From a virus: a DNA stretch of 64,000 nucleotides. Of the stretch, positions 9,603-18,805 are shown in pieces. The DNA lies in the IMG/VR virus record IMGVR_UViG_3300042397_000787; one strand, written 5' to 3'. The notes beneath the pieces are model-generated. The model did not search any database, was not told where the DNA came from, and saw nothing but the letters and a program-made list of their open reading frames with translations. The position numbers were made by a program, and so were the translations under genes. Position 1 is the stretch's first letter, and each line of letters starts with the position of its first letter.

Positions 9603-10055
9603 TTATGTTACTGTCGCCGTTCCTCCAATGAAATACCACAATGTTCCTTGGAACATAAGTGTCGCGGTATCTCCTGCCCCATTAAAAACAATACTAGAAT
9701 GACCAATATTGGACGTAATACTTAGTGTATGATTTGCGGAATTTGATTGCATGATGATAGTTTTAATTTGGCCATCAACACCATCAACGATGGTTAATGT
9801 ACCACTAGCATCAGGTGACGTAATCCTTGTTACCAAAGATGTAATTGAAATGGCACCCGCAGCCGATAAAGTCTGCGGAGTGCCACCCAATACTAATTTG
9901 TCTTCTAAAACTACCGGGACAGGAATGCCGCCGAACAGATTAGCAACAGTAATCTTATGATCATATGGACTTGTATTTGGTTTCACTAGATAAATCACAT
10001 CAGCCGAATTCGCTTCGGTTGCTGGATTCATCGCTGTTACTTTGCTATCTGCCAT
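9603..10055 (-). CDS. Putative virion structural protein
   Basis: Beta-rich, G/T/S-rich; MADSKVT N-terminus; in late block. Confidence 0.6.
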   Translation of the reverse strand: MADSKVTAMNPATEANSADVIYLVKPNTSPYDHKITVANLFGGIPVPVVLEDKLVLGGTPQTLSAAGAISITSLVTRITSPDASGTLTIVDGVDGQIKTIIMQSNSANHTLSITSNIGHSSIVFNGAGDTATLMFQGTLWYFIGGTATVT

Positions 10056-10061
10056 TAGTTA

Positions 10062-11633
10062 TTAATCCTCTGGGAATTCGATATCGTCAGCGGCATCACC
10101 GGTGATGCCGTTCTTCGAAAGGGCGCACAGAACTTCATACTGGATACGACCAGCATGAGCACCAGTTAGAACCTTACGCTTTACCCAACCAGTGTGAGCA
10201 ACAGCACCACTAAGTCCTTCTTCATCACCTTGGTTTACACCAAGTGCTGCATTAGCAGTAGCAGTTGTTGCAGTCATCAGATCGAAATACTGATCATTAT
10301 TACCAGTACCAGAAATCAGAACGAGTGTAAATGGCGTATATGTTAGACCAGTTGGCGTACCTACTGTTGTAGTAAGTGCAGAACCATCTTCACCCGTCAG
10401 AGTAAATCCAGTTACGGATGGCGATGTACCTGTAACAGCAGAAACAGTATAGATGCTGCCCGTCGCATATCCAGAAATAGTACCAGTTCCACCTAGTGTA
10501 CCAGTAATACGAATACGATCACCAGCTGCTAGAGTAGTTGCGGTGCAAGTAAACTGACCGCCAGTTCCAGAGATAGCAACACCAGCAAGTGCGGTACGAC
10601 CAGCAGCAGCAGAGGCAGAAGCAGCCAAACGGAACAGACCAGTTGTAAACCCTAGAGCAGAAACAAAGTATGAAGTTCCGTTTACTAAACCAGTAACAGC
10701 AGTACCACCATTATGATAATACTTAATTTCTTCACCAGAAACTAAACCGTGAGTAGCATAAGTAAACTTCTCTTCAGCAATAGTAACAGCAGATGTAGGC
10801 ACAGTTCTGCGTGGAACTGAAAGATTTACAGTAGGAGCAGTTTCATATGAAGAACCATTGTCTGTTACAGTGATTGCAGTAACTACGCCACCAGAGATGG
10901 TCGCTGTTGCCTCAGCATCAGCACCACCACCACCTGAGAAACCAACAGCAGGGGTTTCAAGGTAACGTGTACCACCTTGGATTAGAGCAACCGCTGAAAT
11001 GTAACCACCCGATTGGTCGCCATGAATTTCGCTGCTTCTTACACCAAAAACTTGTGTCGATTCAAAGTCAGTTGATCCAACAGAGGCAACGAAAGTTGGT
11101 TTTTCGTGGGCTCTATATGTTTGACCAGAGAATGTAGTCAGAGTTGTTCCTGGATTTGCATTGATAACAGTCGCCACTGTTTCACTAGCAACGGCGATTA
11201 CAATCATTTCCTGAGTACCAACACGAACGATATCATTAACAAGAAGAAGATCCGTCACGAACAAGGTGTCTGTACCTGTTAGAGTTCCGCGACCGTAATC
11301 TAGACTTAGTGTGAAAGTGTGTGAAGCACCTGAACCATCTGTCGAGGCGATTACTGTTGGATTATTATGTAGTGCCTGTGCTTCAGTAGCAGCAACCATG
11401 AAAGTATCTGTAGTAACATTAGTTACGTAGTATGTGCTGCCAGATGTCAGACCTACAACAGAAGTTCCTCCACCGTTTGCATATGCAACAGGATCGCCTA
11501 GTTGAAATGGATGGCCTGACGAATTATAAACGCCGGCAGCATGACCTGTGGCGCCATTGAATGTGATAGCAGGTGCAGTAAGAGTTACTGTACCCGACAC
11601 TGATTTACTATCTGCTTTACCCCATGCGGACAT
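10062..11633 (-). CDS. Putative virion structural/fibre protein with repeated beta modules
   Basis: MSAWG N-terminus, HTGWV near C-terminus; three related modules (GDPVAY..GLTSGSTYYV, GEEIKY..GLVNGTSYFV, GDRIRI..GYATGSIYTV). Confidence 0.7.
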   Translation of the reverse strand: MSAWGKADSKSVSGTVTLTAPAITFNGATGHAAGVYNSSGHPFQLGDPVAYANGGGTSVVGLTSGSTYYVTNVTTDTFMVAATEAQALHNNPTVIASTDGSGASHTFTLSLDYGRGTLTGTDTLFVTDLLLVNDIVRVGTQEMIVIAVASETVATVINANPGTTLTTFSGQTYRAHEKPTFVASVGSTDFESTQVFGVRSSEIHGDQSGGYISAVALIQGGTRYLETPAVGFSGGGGADAEATATISGGVVTAITVTDNGSSYETAPTVNLSVPRRTVPTSAVTIAEEKFTYATHGLVSGEEIKYYHNGGTAVTGLVNGTSYFVSALGFTTGLFRLAASASAAAGRTALAGVAISGTGGQFTCTATTLAAGDRIRITGTLGGTGTISGYATGSIYTVSAVTGTSPSVTGFTLTGEDGSALTTTVGTPTGLTYTPFTLVLISGTGNNDQYFDLMTATTATANAALGVNQGDEEGLSGAVAHTGWVKRKVLTGAHAGRIQYEVLCALSKNGITGDAADDIEFPED

Positions 11634-12961
11634 TAGTTGTCTCCCTTTTTATATTCTTGATCTACAAAGTTAAAAAATTGTTTGCGTTTTTCTTCATCAA
11701 GTTCCGAGGGAGACTTGATACCATACTGTGTAAGTGCTGCGTCAAATGTGGTCTTATAAGATTCATTCATCTGTGTGAAGGCAGCGATATCAGCCAGTGC
11801 TTCGCCGCGGCGAGATTCCTTTGCAAGAATTTTACGGCCAGCACGGATACGACTATTTAAACGGTTTCCATACTTTCTCATACTATCCAGGTCATTAACA
11901 TTTGCAACGACTTCACCCGGTTTAGTCTTTGCCTTATCCATATAAGATTGAAGTTTACCCTTTGAAAGTTCATCGATTGTTTCGACTTCTTCTTTCACAC
12001 CAGCATTCATTTTTTTAGCATGAGCATGTGCAGCCTTGTGCTGGTCAGGAGATGTTTGCTTTGATTGGGTGTCTCCATAAGGAAACGACTTGACCACCTT
12101 TGATGTCATCAATGCCTGACCCATCGCATCTTTTTTCCCAGTAGGAATTTTTTTGTTCACATGATGTGCGTTATTGGCTGTGTGAACGAAATATGTTGCT
12201 TCTTCCAGATCGACTTCCTCAGTGCGAGAGTTTTTCAAATCGGCGGCGCTAGGTGCACCTTCTGAACCAGGCTTGCGCATACGTTCACCAGATCCTGATT
12301 TAATGCGCTTACGCTTTGCATGAATGTTATCCCAGAGGCCGCGCTTCTCTTCGACTGGCTCGGCTTCTTCATTCTTCTGGGTATTCATTGCCTTCTTAGC
12401 AAGATGTTTGGCAACGTTCTTTACCTTATTGCCGTATTCGTCTTTGCGCTCTCCGGCTTTTTTATATGGACCTTCAAACGGCATTTTTTCTTCATTCATT
12501 TCGCTTTGGAGATAGTTCGCTGCGGTTGAGATATAGTCTTCTGCTAGGGTAATCTTTGATTGAACCCACTCAGGAAGATTTGTATCTTCGCTCATCGAAT
12601 CATGCATACGTTGCGAGTTAGCAATGATTGACTTTAGTTGGGACATAGCCATGTCACCTTCATAGTCATACTCTTGCTTCTCTTTAGCTTCGGTTGCATA
12701 CGATTTAGCACCAACTCTGGCCTTATTAAAGATAGAATCATCACCCAGAACGATGAACATCATGGAATTTAAGAAGTTTGCCATGATGTCGCGCTCGGCG
12801 CCTTGAAGTGGATAACCACCTTGTATCTTAGTAATAGCTTTGCGCAATAGAGGAATAGTATTCGATGGCATTAGTCCAGCACGGACTAGTTGCTGCAAAC
12901 GCATATCCAAATCTACTGACTCTGCCATTACAGTGTCTTTAATTGTTTGTTCGAGTGACAT
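11633..12961 (-). CDS. Putative capsid-internal polyprotein
   Basis: ATG 12961 after GGAG; basic modules separated by Glu-rich linkers (EEAEPVEE, EEVDLEE, EEVETIDE). Confidence 0.65.
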   Translation of the reverse strand: MSLEQTIKDTVMAESVDLDMRLQQLVRAGLMPSNTIPLLRKAITKIQGGYPLQGAERDIMANFLNSMMFIVLGDDSIFNKARVGAKSYATEAKEKQEYDYEGDMAMSQLKSIIANSQRMHDSMSEDTNLPEWVQSKITLAEDYISTAANYLQSEMNEEKMPFEGPYKKAGERKDEYGNKVKNVAKHLAKKAMNTQKNEEAEPVEEKRGLWDNIHAKRKRIKSGSGERMRKPGSEGAPSAADLKNSRTEEVDLEEATYFVHTANNAHHVNKKIPTGKKDAMGQALMTSKVVKSFPYGDTQSKQTSPDQHKAAHAHAKKMNAGVKEEVETIDELSKGKLQSYMDKAKTKPGEVVANVNDLDSMRKYGNRLNSRIRAGRKILAKESRRGEALADIAAFTQMNESYKTTFDAALTQYGIKSPSELDEEKRKQFFNFVDQEYKKGDN

Positions 12962-12987
12962 TAGTATCTCCTTATCCTCTATATTTA

Positions 12988-13425
12988 TCACTTAGAGGAT
13001 GCACGGATCATCCAACCGTGTTTTGCATGAACATCTAATCTCTCTTCGAGTAAGTTCAATAAGCCTCTATTATTTTCCGCGTCTGCCAATTTATGAGCCG
13101 AATTAAGTGCTTCAATCACAGAGGCATTTGCGTCATTAAGGTCAGATAACATACCAGATACATCTACACCATAGATATTAGATTCTTTGATAGTAGTAAT
13201 AGAAGCAAGTTCTGTCATATTATATGGCGCATATTCATCCAAAGCTCTAATTTGTTCCGCCACGGTGTCTATAGCCGCAAACAGTTCTTCGTAGATGTCA
13301 GAAAAGAAATCGTGCAGCTGGGAGAAGTCTTTACCTTCTACATTCCAGTGAAAGCCATGCGCCTTAAAATACATTGCATATGTATTTGCCAGAACAATTT
13401 TAAGGGAAGTATTCAACTCATCCAT
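12988..13425 (-). CDS. dps: Dps-family ferritin-like protein
   Basis: KAHGFHWNVEG..F..LH......E....D.VAEQIRAL; KHGWM. Confidence 0.93.
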   Translation of the reverse strand: MDELNTSLKIVLANTYAMYFKAHGFHWNVEGKDFSQLHDFFSDIYEELFAAIDTVAEQIRALDEYAPYNMTELASITTIKESNIYGVDVSGMLSDLNDANASVIEALNSAHKLADAENNRGLLNLLEERLDVHAKHGWMIRASSK

Positions 13426-13426
13426 A

Positions 13427-15685
13427 TTATTTCTTCTTCGTTCTTGCGTTGGTCACGCGGCTCTGGTCACGCTTTCTTTCGCTTTGTTGTAGGCGGATTG
13501 AAAGTCTTGATACCATTGGTGCCATGCGCTTTACTTGTGCTTCGATACGTGCCTTTTCAGAGGCTGATACAGAAGATGGGTCGCGGTTACGAAGAATGCG
13601 CTTGTAAACCATTCTACGAGCGGCGCGAATTGAACGAGATTTAATTCTATCAGGTGTAGCAATACGCTTTAGCGCCATATTCTTTGCAAGATTGCGGCGA
13701 GTCTTGTTGCGCATTGCAGCAAATCTTTTCTTTAGACGACCCTGAGGAGTGATGGCTTCATCTAGTTCGCCTTCATTCTCATCTTCGTCTTCTACATCTT
13801 CGGCATCATAGTATTTACTTAGGTCTTGCCATGAAGAAGATTCAATTTCATTAGTGACATCAGCCTCAATTGCAGCCAAGTCACCCTCGGTCCATTGATT
13901 TACCGTATCGTCGGCGCTCATATCATCTAAACCAGGTAGAGGTGATAGTTGATACGGCGAAGGATAATTTGCAGGTGAGATATTGTCAGTGCAAGGTCCC
14001 ATTGTCTGACCCATGGTCTCTTCTGAGATTGCTCTCATAAAATCAGCATGTGATTTGTGGGCGCGCTTGACTAGACTTTCTTTTTCGATTGAAGACTTCA
14101 ACGAGTGATAGCGGTCATTGAACTTCTCTACATGGTTAGGAGCTACGTGGTGTTCTGCACCATCATAGAACTTAACCTTGGAACCAATAGAAGTGGCTTT
14201 ACGAAGTTGCATAACAAGATGCTTAGGTTCTTCTGCTCTCTGGACTGCCTTTTTCTTTGCAATATCTTTCTTAGCCTTTGCGATTTTTTTCGGATCGGCA
14301 AGTGTCTTTCGTAGTTTGGCAGCAAATTCAGAACGCTTCTTGGCACCTAGGGCCGAGATTTCGTCGAGTTGTTGTTCTTGGATAGCATCACCAGAAAATG
14401 GATTCATTGCTGGAATCTTATCAGCCGCTAGACCTTCTTGTCCTGGTGTCATAGCTGCCCACTTCTTGCGAAGTTCTGGGCTACCCCATTCGTCTTCTTT
14501 ACCTAGTTCTTCTTTGACAGTGCTGTTGTTTAGACGTTTTGCCATAGCACCACGAATTCGCGAGAGAGACCCGACACTGCTCTGTGGTGTTCTTGGTTTT
14601 TCAGCAGCAGGATGCATCGTAGGTTTAGCAATCGGCGGACGTTTTGGTGGCGTTTTCGGCGTATAACCATTACTAACGCTGTGTGCATTTTGGTCAATAC
14701 CATACTCGTTTATCTGCTCGATTTCTTCGTTACAATTCCAGCGGCGTAGTGACATAGCCTTACGGGTTGGACGACCCTTCTCATCCTTCATAGGACCTTT
14801 CATGCCACCCATGCGGGCGCAGAATGACTTGCGACGACCAGCAGCTTCACCTTTTGGATCCAGCTTACTAGGAGGTGTAGTAACAGCCGTCTTGATACCC
14901 ATGGCCTTGGCACCCTTACGAGTTAGACCAGCGCCATCTTCTGTGGCACGGTAGTGACCCTTAGAGTCTTCGCCGCGCTCTTCTGGAAGAATTGAAGACT
15001 TAGTTACCTTTGATTTGAATACAGTGTGGTCAACACCGACTCTCTTTGCTGCAACCTTATGTGCATGAGCGGTGTTCTGAGCCTTAACATGGACCGAACC
15101 AGCAGCAACAGCTTTACCAGCATGTTGTTTAGGAAAGTCTACCTTCCACATGCCATATGCTTCTTCGACTTTGTTTGAGACTTCGATGGTCTGTGCATTC
15201 AATGGCTTCTTGGCTTCATCGCCGTTTGCCGCCTTGTATGCTTTGTCCATATCTTCGTCGCTATCACTTTCTTGTGGCTTTAGACCAGCATTTGAATGGT
15301 AGCCATACTCACCTTCTTTAGGAAAGCCTTCTCTTGGATAATTATCAGCGGCTTCTTTGACATGACGACCCATGCCACTGGAATAGGTATTGAGTTCGTA
15401 TGGGTGTGTGCCGCCCTTGTTGAATACTTGAACATGTACCATGTGCTTCTTGCCACTAGTATGAGTGGCTGGCATACTTACAGAGGTGGTATTACCTTCG
15501 CTTGGCTTCTTTGAGCCAACACCAACGTGCTGGAATCTATCATCGTCACTTACACTAAGACCAGCCTTTTGGTGGTGTGATAGTGCGTGATTGATTGCAT
15601 CGGTATATGATTTGTGATACAGTGTGTAATCAGAACCACGAGCCTCTTTCAGTCGCGCCTTTGCTTTCTCAATAATATTAGCCAT
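13427..15685 (-). CDS. Putative capsid-internal polyprotein (752 aa)
   Basis: Late promoter upstream; basic/His-rich modules incl. RRKSFCARM...RRWNC, separated by EEIEQINE, EQQLDE, ELDEA linkers. Confidence 0.65.
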   Translation of the reverse strand: MANIIEKAKARLKEARGSDYTLYHKSYTDAINHALSHHQKAGLSVSDDDRFQHVGVGSKKPSEGNTTSVSMPATHTSGKKHMVHVQVFNKGGTHPYELNTYSSGMGRHVKEAADNYPREGFPKEGEYGYHSNAGLKPQESDSDEDMDKAYKAANGDEAKKPLNAQTIEVSNKVEEAYGMWKVDFPKQHAGKAVAAGSVHVKAQNTAHAHKVAAKRVGVDHTVFKSKVTKSSILPEERGEDSKGHYRATEDGAGLTRKGAKAMGIKTAVTTPPSKLDPKGEAAGRRKSFCARMGGMKGPMKDEKGRPTRKAMSLRRWNCNEEIEQINEYGIDQNAHSVSNGYTPKTPPKRPPIAKPTMHPAAEKPRTPQSSVGSLSRIRGAMAKRLNNSTVKEELGKEDEWGSPELRKKWAAMTPGQEGLAADKIPAMNPFSGDAIQEQQLDEISALGAKKRSEFAAKLRKTLADPKKIAKAKKDIAKKKAVQRAEEPKHLVMQLRKATSIGSKVKFYDGAEHHVAPNHVEKFNDRYHSLKSSIEKESLVKRAHKSHADFMRAISEETMGQTMGPCTDNISPANYPSPYQLSPLPGLDDMSADDTVNQWTEGDLAAIEADVTNEIESSSWQDLSKYYDAEDVEDEDENEGELDEAITPQGRLKKRFAAMRNKTRRNLAKNMALKRIATPDRIKSRSIRAARRMVYKRILRNRDPSSVSASEKARIEAQVKRMAPMVSRLSIRLQQSERKRDQSRVTNARTKKK

Positions 15686-15717
15686 TAAAAGTATCTCCAG
15701 AAGCTAAACGTTTGCTA

Positions 15718-15725
15718 TATTTATA
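15718..15725 (-). promoter_or_regulatory. T4-type late promoter
   Basis: TATAAATA ~30 nt upstream of ATG 15685. Confidence 0.8.
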
Positions 15726-15729
15726 ACAA

Positions 15730-16245
15730 TTACTTCTTCGATTTCTCGGAGTTGATACGGTCAACCTCAGTTTTGTTATCTGCAATCCACTTCTGTAGAG
15801 CAATCAATTGCTGGGCGTTTTGCTGGCATCTGGAGTAGTTTGTGATGATTCCGACGAGGGCCGTAGTGTCTGTAATTCCTGAGGAGGACGCATCAGAAGC
15901 TCGGGTGGGGTCGGCATCACTGGCAGTGGCACTAGAGTCGTGCGTGAACACCCAGCCGTTAGACATAACAGACTGGCTAGGAACAATGTTTTTGGCGGTA
16001 TCAATGTAAACATATTCTTTCTCTCTAATTGTGTTTGTTCTATCAACATATTCAGTAACTACATTATTACTTATTTCAGCATTCTTTTTCTCAAGTTCGG
16101 CAACTTGTGTGCTTGCCTTAGCAGCAAATCTTTGTAGTTCTGCTTCGGCGTAGGCAGAGCCCTTCATATATCCATATAGGAATACACCAAGTATTAAAGC
16201 AGCGCCTGCTAGTAACTTATATGGGAGAGGGATCATACCAAACAT
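15730..16245 (-). CDS. Inner-membrane spanin (Rz-like)
   Basis: ATG 16245 after AAGGA; N-terminal TM, periplasmic helices, Cys near C-terminus; embeds a lipoprotein ORF. Confidence 0.8.
   Translation of the reverse strand: MFGMIPLPYKLLAGAALILGVFLYGYMKGSAYAEAELQRFAAKASTQVAELEKKNAEISNNVVTEYVDRTNTIREKEYVYIDTAKNIVPSQSVMSNGWVFTHDSSATASDADPTRASDASSSGITDTTALVGIITNYSRCQQNAQQLIALQKWIADNKTEVDRINSEKSKK
15804..16013 (-). CDS. Outer-membrane spanin lipoprotein (Rz1-like), embedded in the i-spanin gene
   Basis: MFTLIPPKTLFLASLLCLTAG-C lipobox followed by Pro-rich PLPVMPTPPELLMRPP; alternate frame inside Rz. Confidence 0.8.
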   Translation of the reverse strand: MFTLIPPKTLFLASLLCLTAGCSRTTLVPLPVMPTPPELLMRPPQELQTLRPSSESSQTTPDASKTPSN

Positions 16246-16255
16246 ATTTAATTCC

Positions 16256-16504
16256 TTATTCTTCTTCTGACTTCTTTGTTGGTTTCTTAGGCGCAAACTT
16301 TTCTACACCAGTAATACCAAGAGTGCCGATAACAATATACATTACACCGTTGAAGATAAACTCTTCAATGGTGAAGTCCCAGAATAGATTAGCAATGTAG
16401 CCAATGGCAATAAGTAGTGTAGCAACAACTGCTACCATACGTTTAGAAGATGGATTACCATTTTCTGACATCATATCTTTGATATATGTTAGAAATTTGC
16501 CCAT
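16256..16504 (-). CDS. Small two-TM protein, holin candidate
   Basis: SSKR then two TM segments and charged C-terminus; directly upstream of spanins. Confidence 0.6.
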   Translation of the reverse strand: MGKFLTYIKDMMSENGNPSSKRMVAVVATLLIAIGYIANLFWDFTIEEFIFNGVMYIVIGTLGITGVEKFAPKKPTKKSEEE

Positions 16505-16505
16505 G

Positions 16506-17114
16506 TTAGAGTCCTAGAAACGTTTTGAAGGACAAGGCTTCATGGAGGCCCATGCCACGGCGAACATCTTTATAGAGTTCGCTCTTATGCTTTGTGGACA
16601 TTGCACTAGGTGCCATCTTATGAAATTCTTTTTCGTTACCAGCGGCTGCATGTTGGCGCATCTTGGTACCAGAAGCGCCTGCTACACCTGTGTCAGCATC
16701 CGAACGTTCTTTACCAACGGTATGAATGGTAATCTTCTTAAAGTTGTAGTGGCCGTGACGACCTTCTTTGCCATTATACTTATGCGCGAGAGCATGGAAT
16801 TCATGTGCGCGGTCTGAACCAACGTGTAAGTGTAAGTGTGTAACACCTTCACTATGAAGTCTTGACATTTGGTGTAGGAGAGTGGGATGTTCTTTATCTA
16901 GAAGACGAACATTGGCACCTGGAAATGCTCTCTTAGCATGTTTCAACTTCTGTTCAGGCGTCAAAGGATTCTTTTTAGAATCGTGTGTGCCAGTAAGAAC
17001 GATGGTATGTCCGTGGGTACCAGCCGTGTTACGAACTTGGTTTACAACAGCTTCATGACCCACGGTGATTGGGTTCATTCTACCTTGTGTGATATGATGA
17101 TGAACGTCAGCCAT
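16506..17114 (-). CDS. HIGH-type nucleotidyltransferase (cytidylyltransferase/NMNAT/PPAT-like), His-rich
   Basis: GRMNPITVGH, KNPL, VGSDR, SGTKMR motifs. Confidence 0.8.
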   Translation of the reverse strand: MADVHHHITQGRMNPITVGHEAVVNQVRNTAGTHGHTIVLTGTHDSKKNPLTPEQKLKHAKRAFPGANVRLLDKEHPTLLHQMSRLHSEGVTHLHLHVGSDRAHEFHALAHKYNGKEGRHGHYNFKKITIHTVGKERSDADTGVAGASGTKMRQHAAAGNEKEFHKMAPSAMSTKHKSELYKDVRRGMGLHEALSFKTFLGL

Positions 17115-18247
17115 TATTTGCCCTTGCTTGCTCTTAGAATTGCACTGCGCTCTCGGTTAGCTTTCGAGAAGCCTTCGCGGTCAACAACCTTCAGACCATG
17201 GGCGACATAACCTTCGCCGCCAGCGGCTGCACCATTAATATGCGTCGAGAACCCACCACCGGCGGCACGATCTAATCCTCTAGCAAGATGATTGGTCGCT
17301 TGTTGTAAATGGTGGTGAATTTGAAACGATCTTTGAAAGTGCTTTTTGCTGGCATCTACCTGCGATAGATGAGTATTCATAGTGGCAGTCTTGCGCTCTT
17401 TAGCAGCCGGAGTCTTGACGGCATCTATCAGTTTCTGGTGCGAAGTTTCTAAATGCTTCCTGTATCCTTCGACTGAAGGTTTTTCACCGCTTGTAACAGT
17501 TCTATTGATATAAGTTCTTAGATGTATTTCATGACCAGGCAGATGCTGATACGAGTGACTTTTCATCAACTTTTCTGCCGCACTCAGATGCTCTTCTGCT
17601 TGGGACTTAACTGTAGAATGAAGTTTGCGCTCTTTGTCTGATACAAGATGTTGTACCATGTGAACATCAGGATGTGATTGAAAGTGCGACATGTCCGTGA
17701 TAGGATGTGCGGTTCTTTCTGGACCCTTTAGCTCCGTATGTATAGTAACACTAACCTTGGATTTCTTTAGCTTCTTCGCTTCTTCGCTACCAGCATCCGC
17801 ACGATATTCAATCGTATTTGGAGTATGCGAGATGTGTGAGGTGTATTCTGATCTTCCAGAAGGTTCGCTCATATATCCGCCCTGGTATTCACCGGGCTTT
17901 TTTGGAATTACTTTACCCAGGTGGGCATGAAGTGCTTTCAGAGGACCAACAAGATATGGTTTATGGCCATGTTGCTTTTCAATATCTGCGGCAGAATAGT
18001 TGTAGTGAGAACCAGCACCCTTATACTTGACACCAATCTTACCATCAGGTGTTCGAATTACATGGAAAGACATTCTATCATCTATCTTACGAGTAGATGG
18101 TGTTTTCCCACGTGCAACACCACGCAAAGTTTCCAATGCGTGGTGTGCAGCGTCTTGACTATCAAATGATCTATCAGAGGGATGCTCTATATGAGCAATA
18201 CCACCAGTGTGGGTCGCCTCAGTGATAAATTGTGTAAAGGATAACAT
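17114..18247 (-). CDS. His-rich protein with ligase-like nucleotidyltransferase motifs and capsid-targeting-like N-terminus
   Basis: ATG 18247 below late promoter; MLSFTQFITE; HIEH; RKIDD (KxDG-like), GEGYV...KVVDR. Confidence 0.65.
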   Translation of the reverse strand: MLSFTQFITEATHTGGIAHIEHPSDRSFDSQDAAHHALETLRGVARGKTPSTRKIDDRMSFHVIRTPDGKIGVKYKGAGSHYNYSAADIEKQHGHKPYLVGPLKALHAHLGKVIPKKPGEYQGGYMSEPSGRSEYTSHISHTPNTIEYRADAGSEEAKKLKKSKVSVTIHTELKGPERTAHPITDMSHFQSHPDVHMVQHLVSDKERKLHSTVKSQAEEHLSAAEKLMKSHSYQHLPGHEIHLRTYINRTVTSGEKPSVEGYRKHLETSHQKLIDAVKTPAAKERKTATMNTHLSQVDASKKHFQRSFQIHHHLQQATNHLARGLDRAAGGGFSTHINGAAAGGEGYVAHGLKVVDREGFSKANRERSAILRASKGK

Positions 18248-18275
18248 AAGGGTCTCATCTCTATTGATTACCCTA

Positions 18276-18283
18276 TATTTATA
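18276..18283 (-). promoter_or_regulatory. T4-type late promoter
   Basis: TATAAATA. Confidence 0.8.
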
Positions 18284-18324
18284 ATACTTTCGAATCACAC
18301 TCTCTCTTTTCCATCTACTATTAT

Positions 18325-18352
18325 ATAGTAGCAGATTCTGAGGAAATGTCAA
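18325..18352 (-). promoter_or_regulatory. Sigma70-type promoter with GAATC in spacer
   Basis: TTGACA-TTTCCTCAGAATCTGC-TACTAT. Confidence 0.7.
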
Positions 18353-18361
18353 GCGGTATTT

Positions 18362-18712
18362 TTATGCCAGTATAGCACTCAATTCTTCGGTAACATCCAC
18401 TGCGGTAAGATCGATAGGAGGAAAATCGATTGCACCATTTAGATTGGCTTGGAATGTTTCAGAATTTGTAGGGGCTTCTGCAAAATAAATTTCAAATCCA
18501 GCTACAGTTTCACGAACAAATGAATCGCCACCTTCAAACATGTGGGAAACTTTATCAAGTTCTTCATTAATCATTTCAAAGGTGGGTTCACCAGTAAAAT
18601 ACTTGACGATATATTCTTTTGCACCAACTGTCTTCCATAATGGAAGGTCAGCACTACCAACATTTGTCCATACAAATGAGGATACTACAAGTTTAAGATT
18701 CAATTCGTCCAT
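18362..18712 (-). CDS. Hypothetical protein
   Basis: ORF with AGGA RBS directly after tRNA. Confidence 0.7.
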   Translation of the reverse strand: MDELNLKLVVSSFVWTNVGSADLPLWKTVGAKEYIVKYFTGEPTFEMINEELDKVSHMFEGGDSFVRETVAGFEIYFAEAPTNSETFQANLNGAIDFPPIDLTAVDVTEELSAILA

Positions 18713-18728
18713 ATTATTTCCTAAAAAC

Positions 18729-18805
18729 TGGTGCGCCGTGCAGGACTCGAACCTGCTGCCTCAAGATTAGAAGTCTCGCGCTCTATCCAGATGAGCTAAC
18801 GGCGC
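18729..18805 (-). tRNA. tRNA-Arg (anticodon UCU)
   Basis: GCGCCGT/ACGGCGC acceptor stem, TAGCTCATCTGGATAGAGC D arm, CGAGA-CTTCTAA-TCTTG anticodon arm, GGTTCGAGTCC, encoded CCA. Confidence 0.95.
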
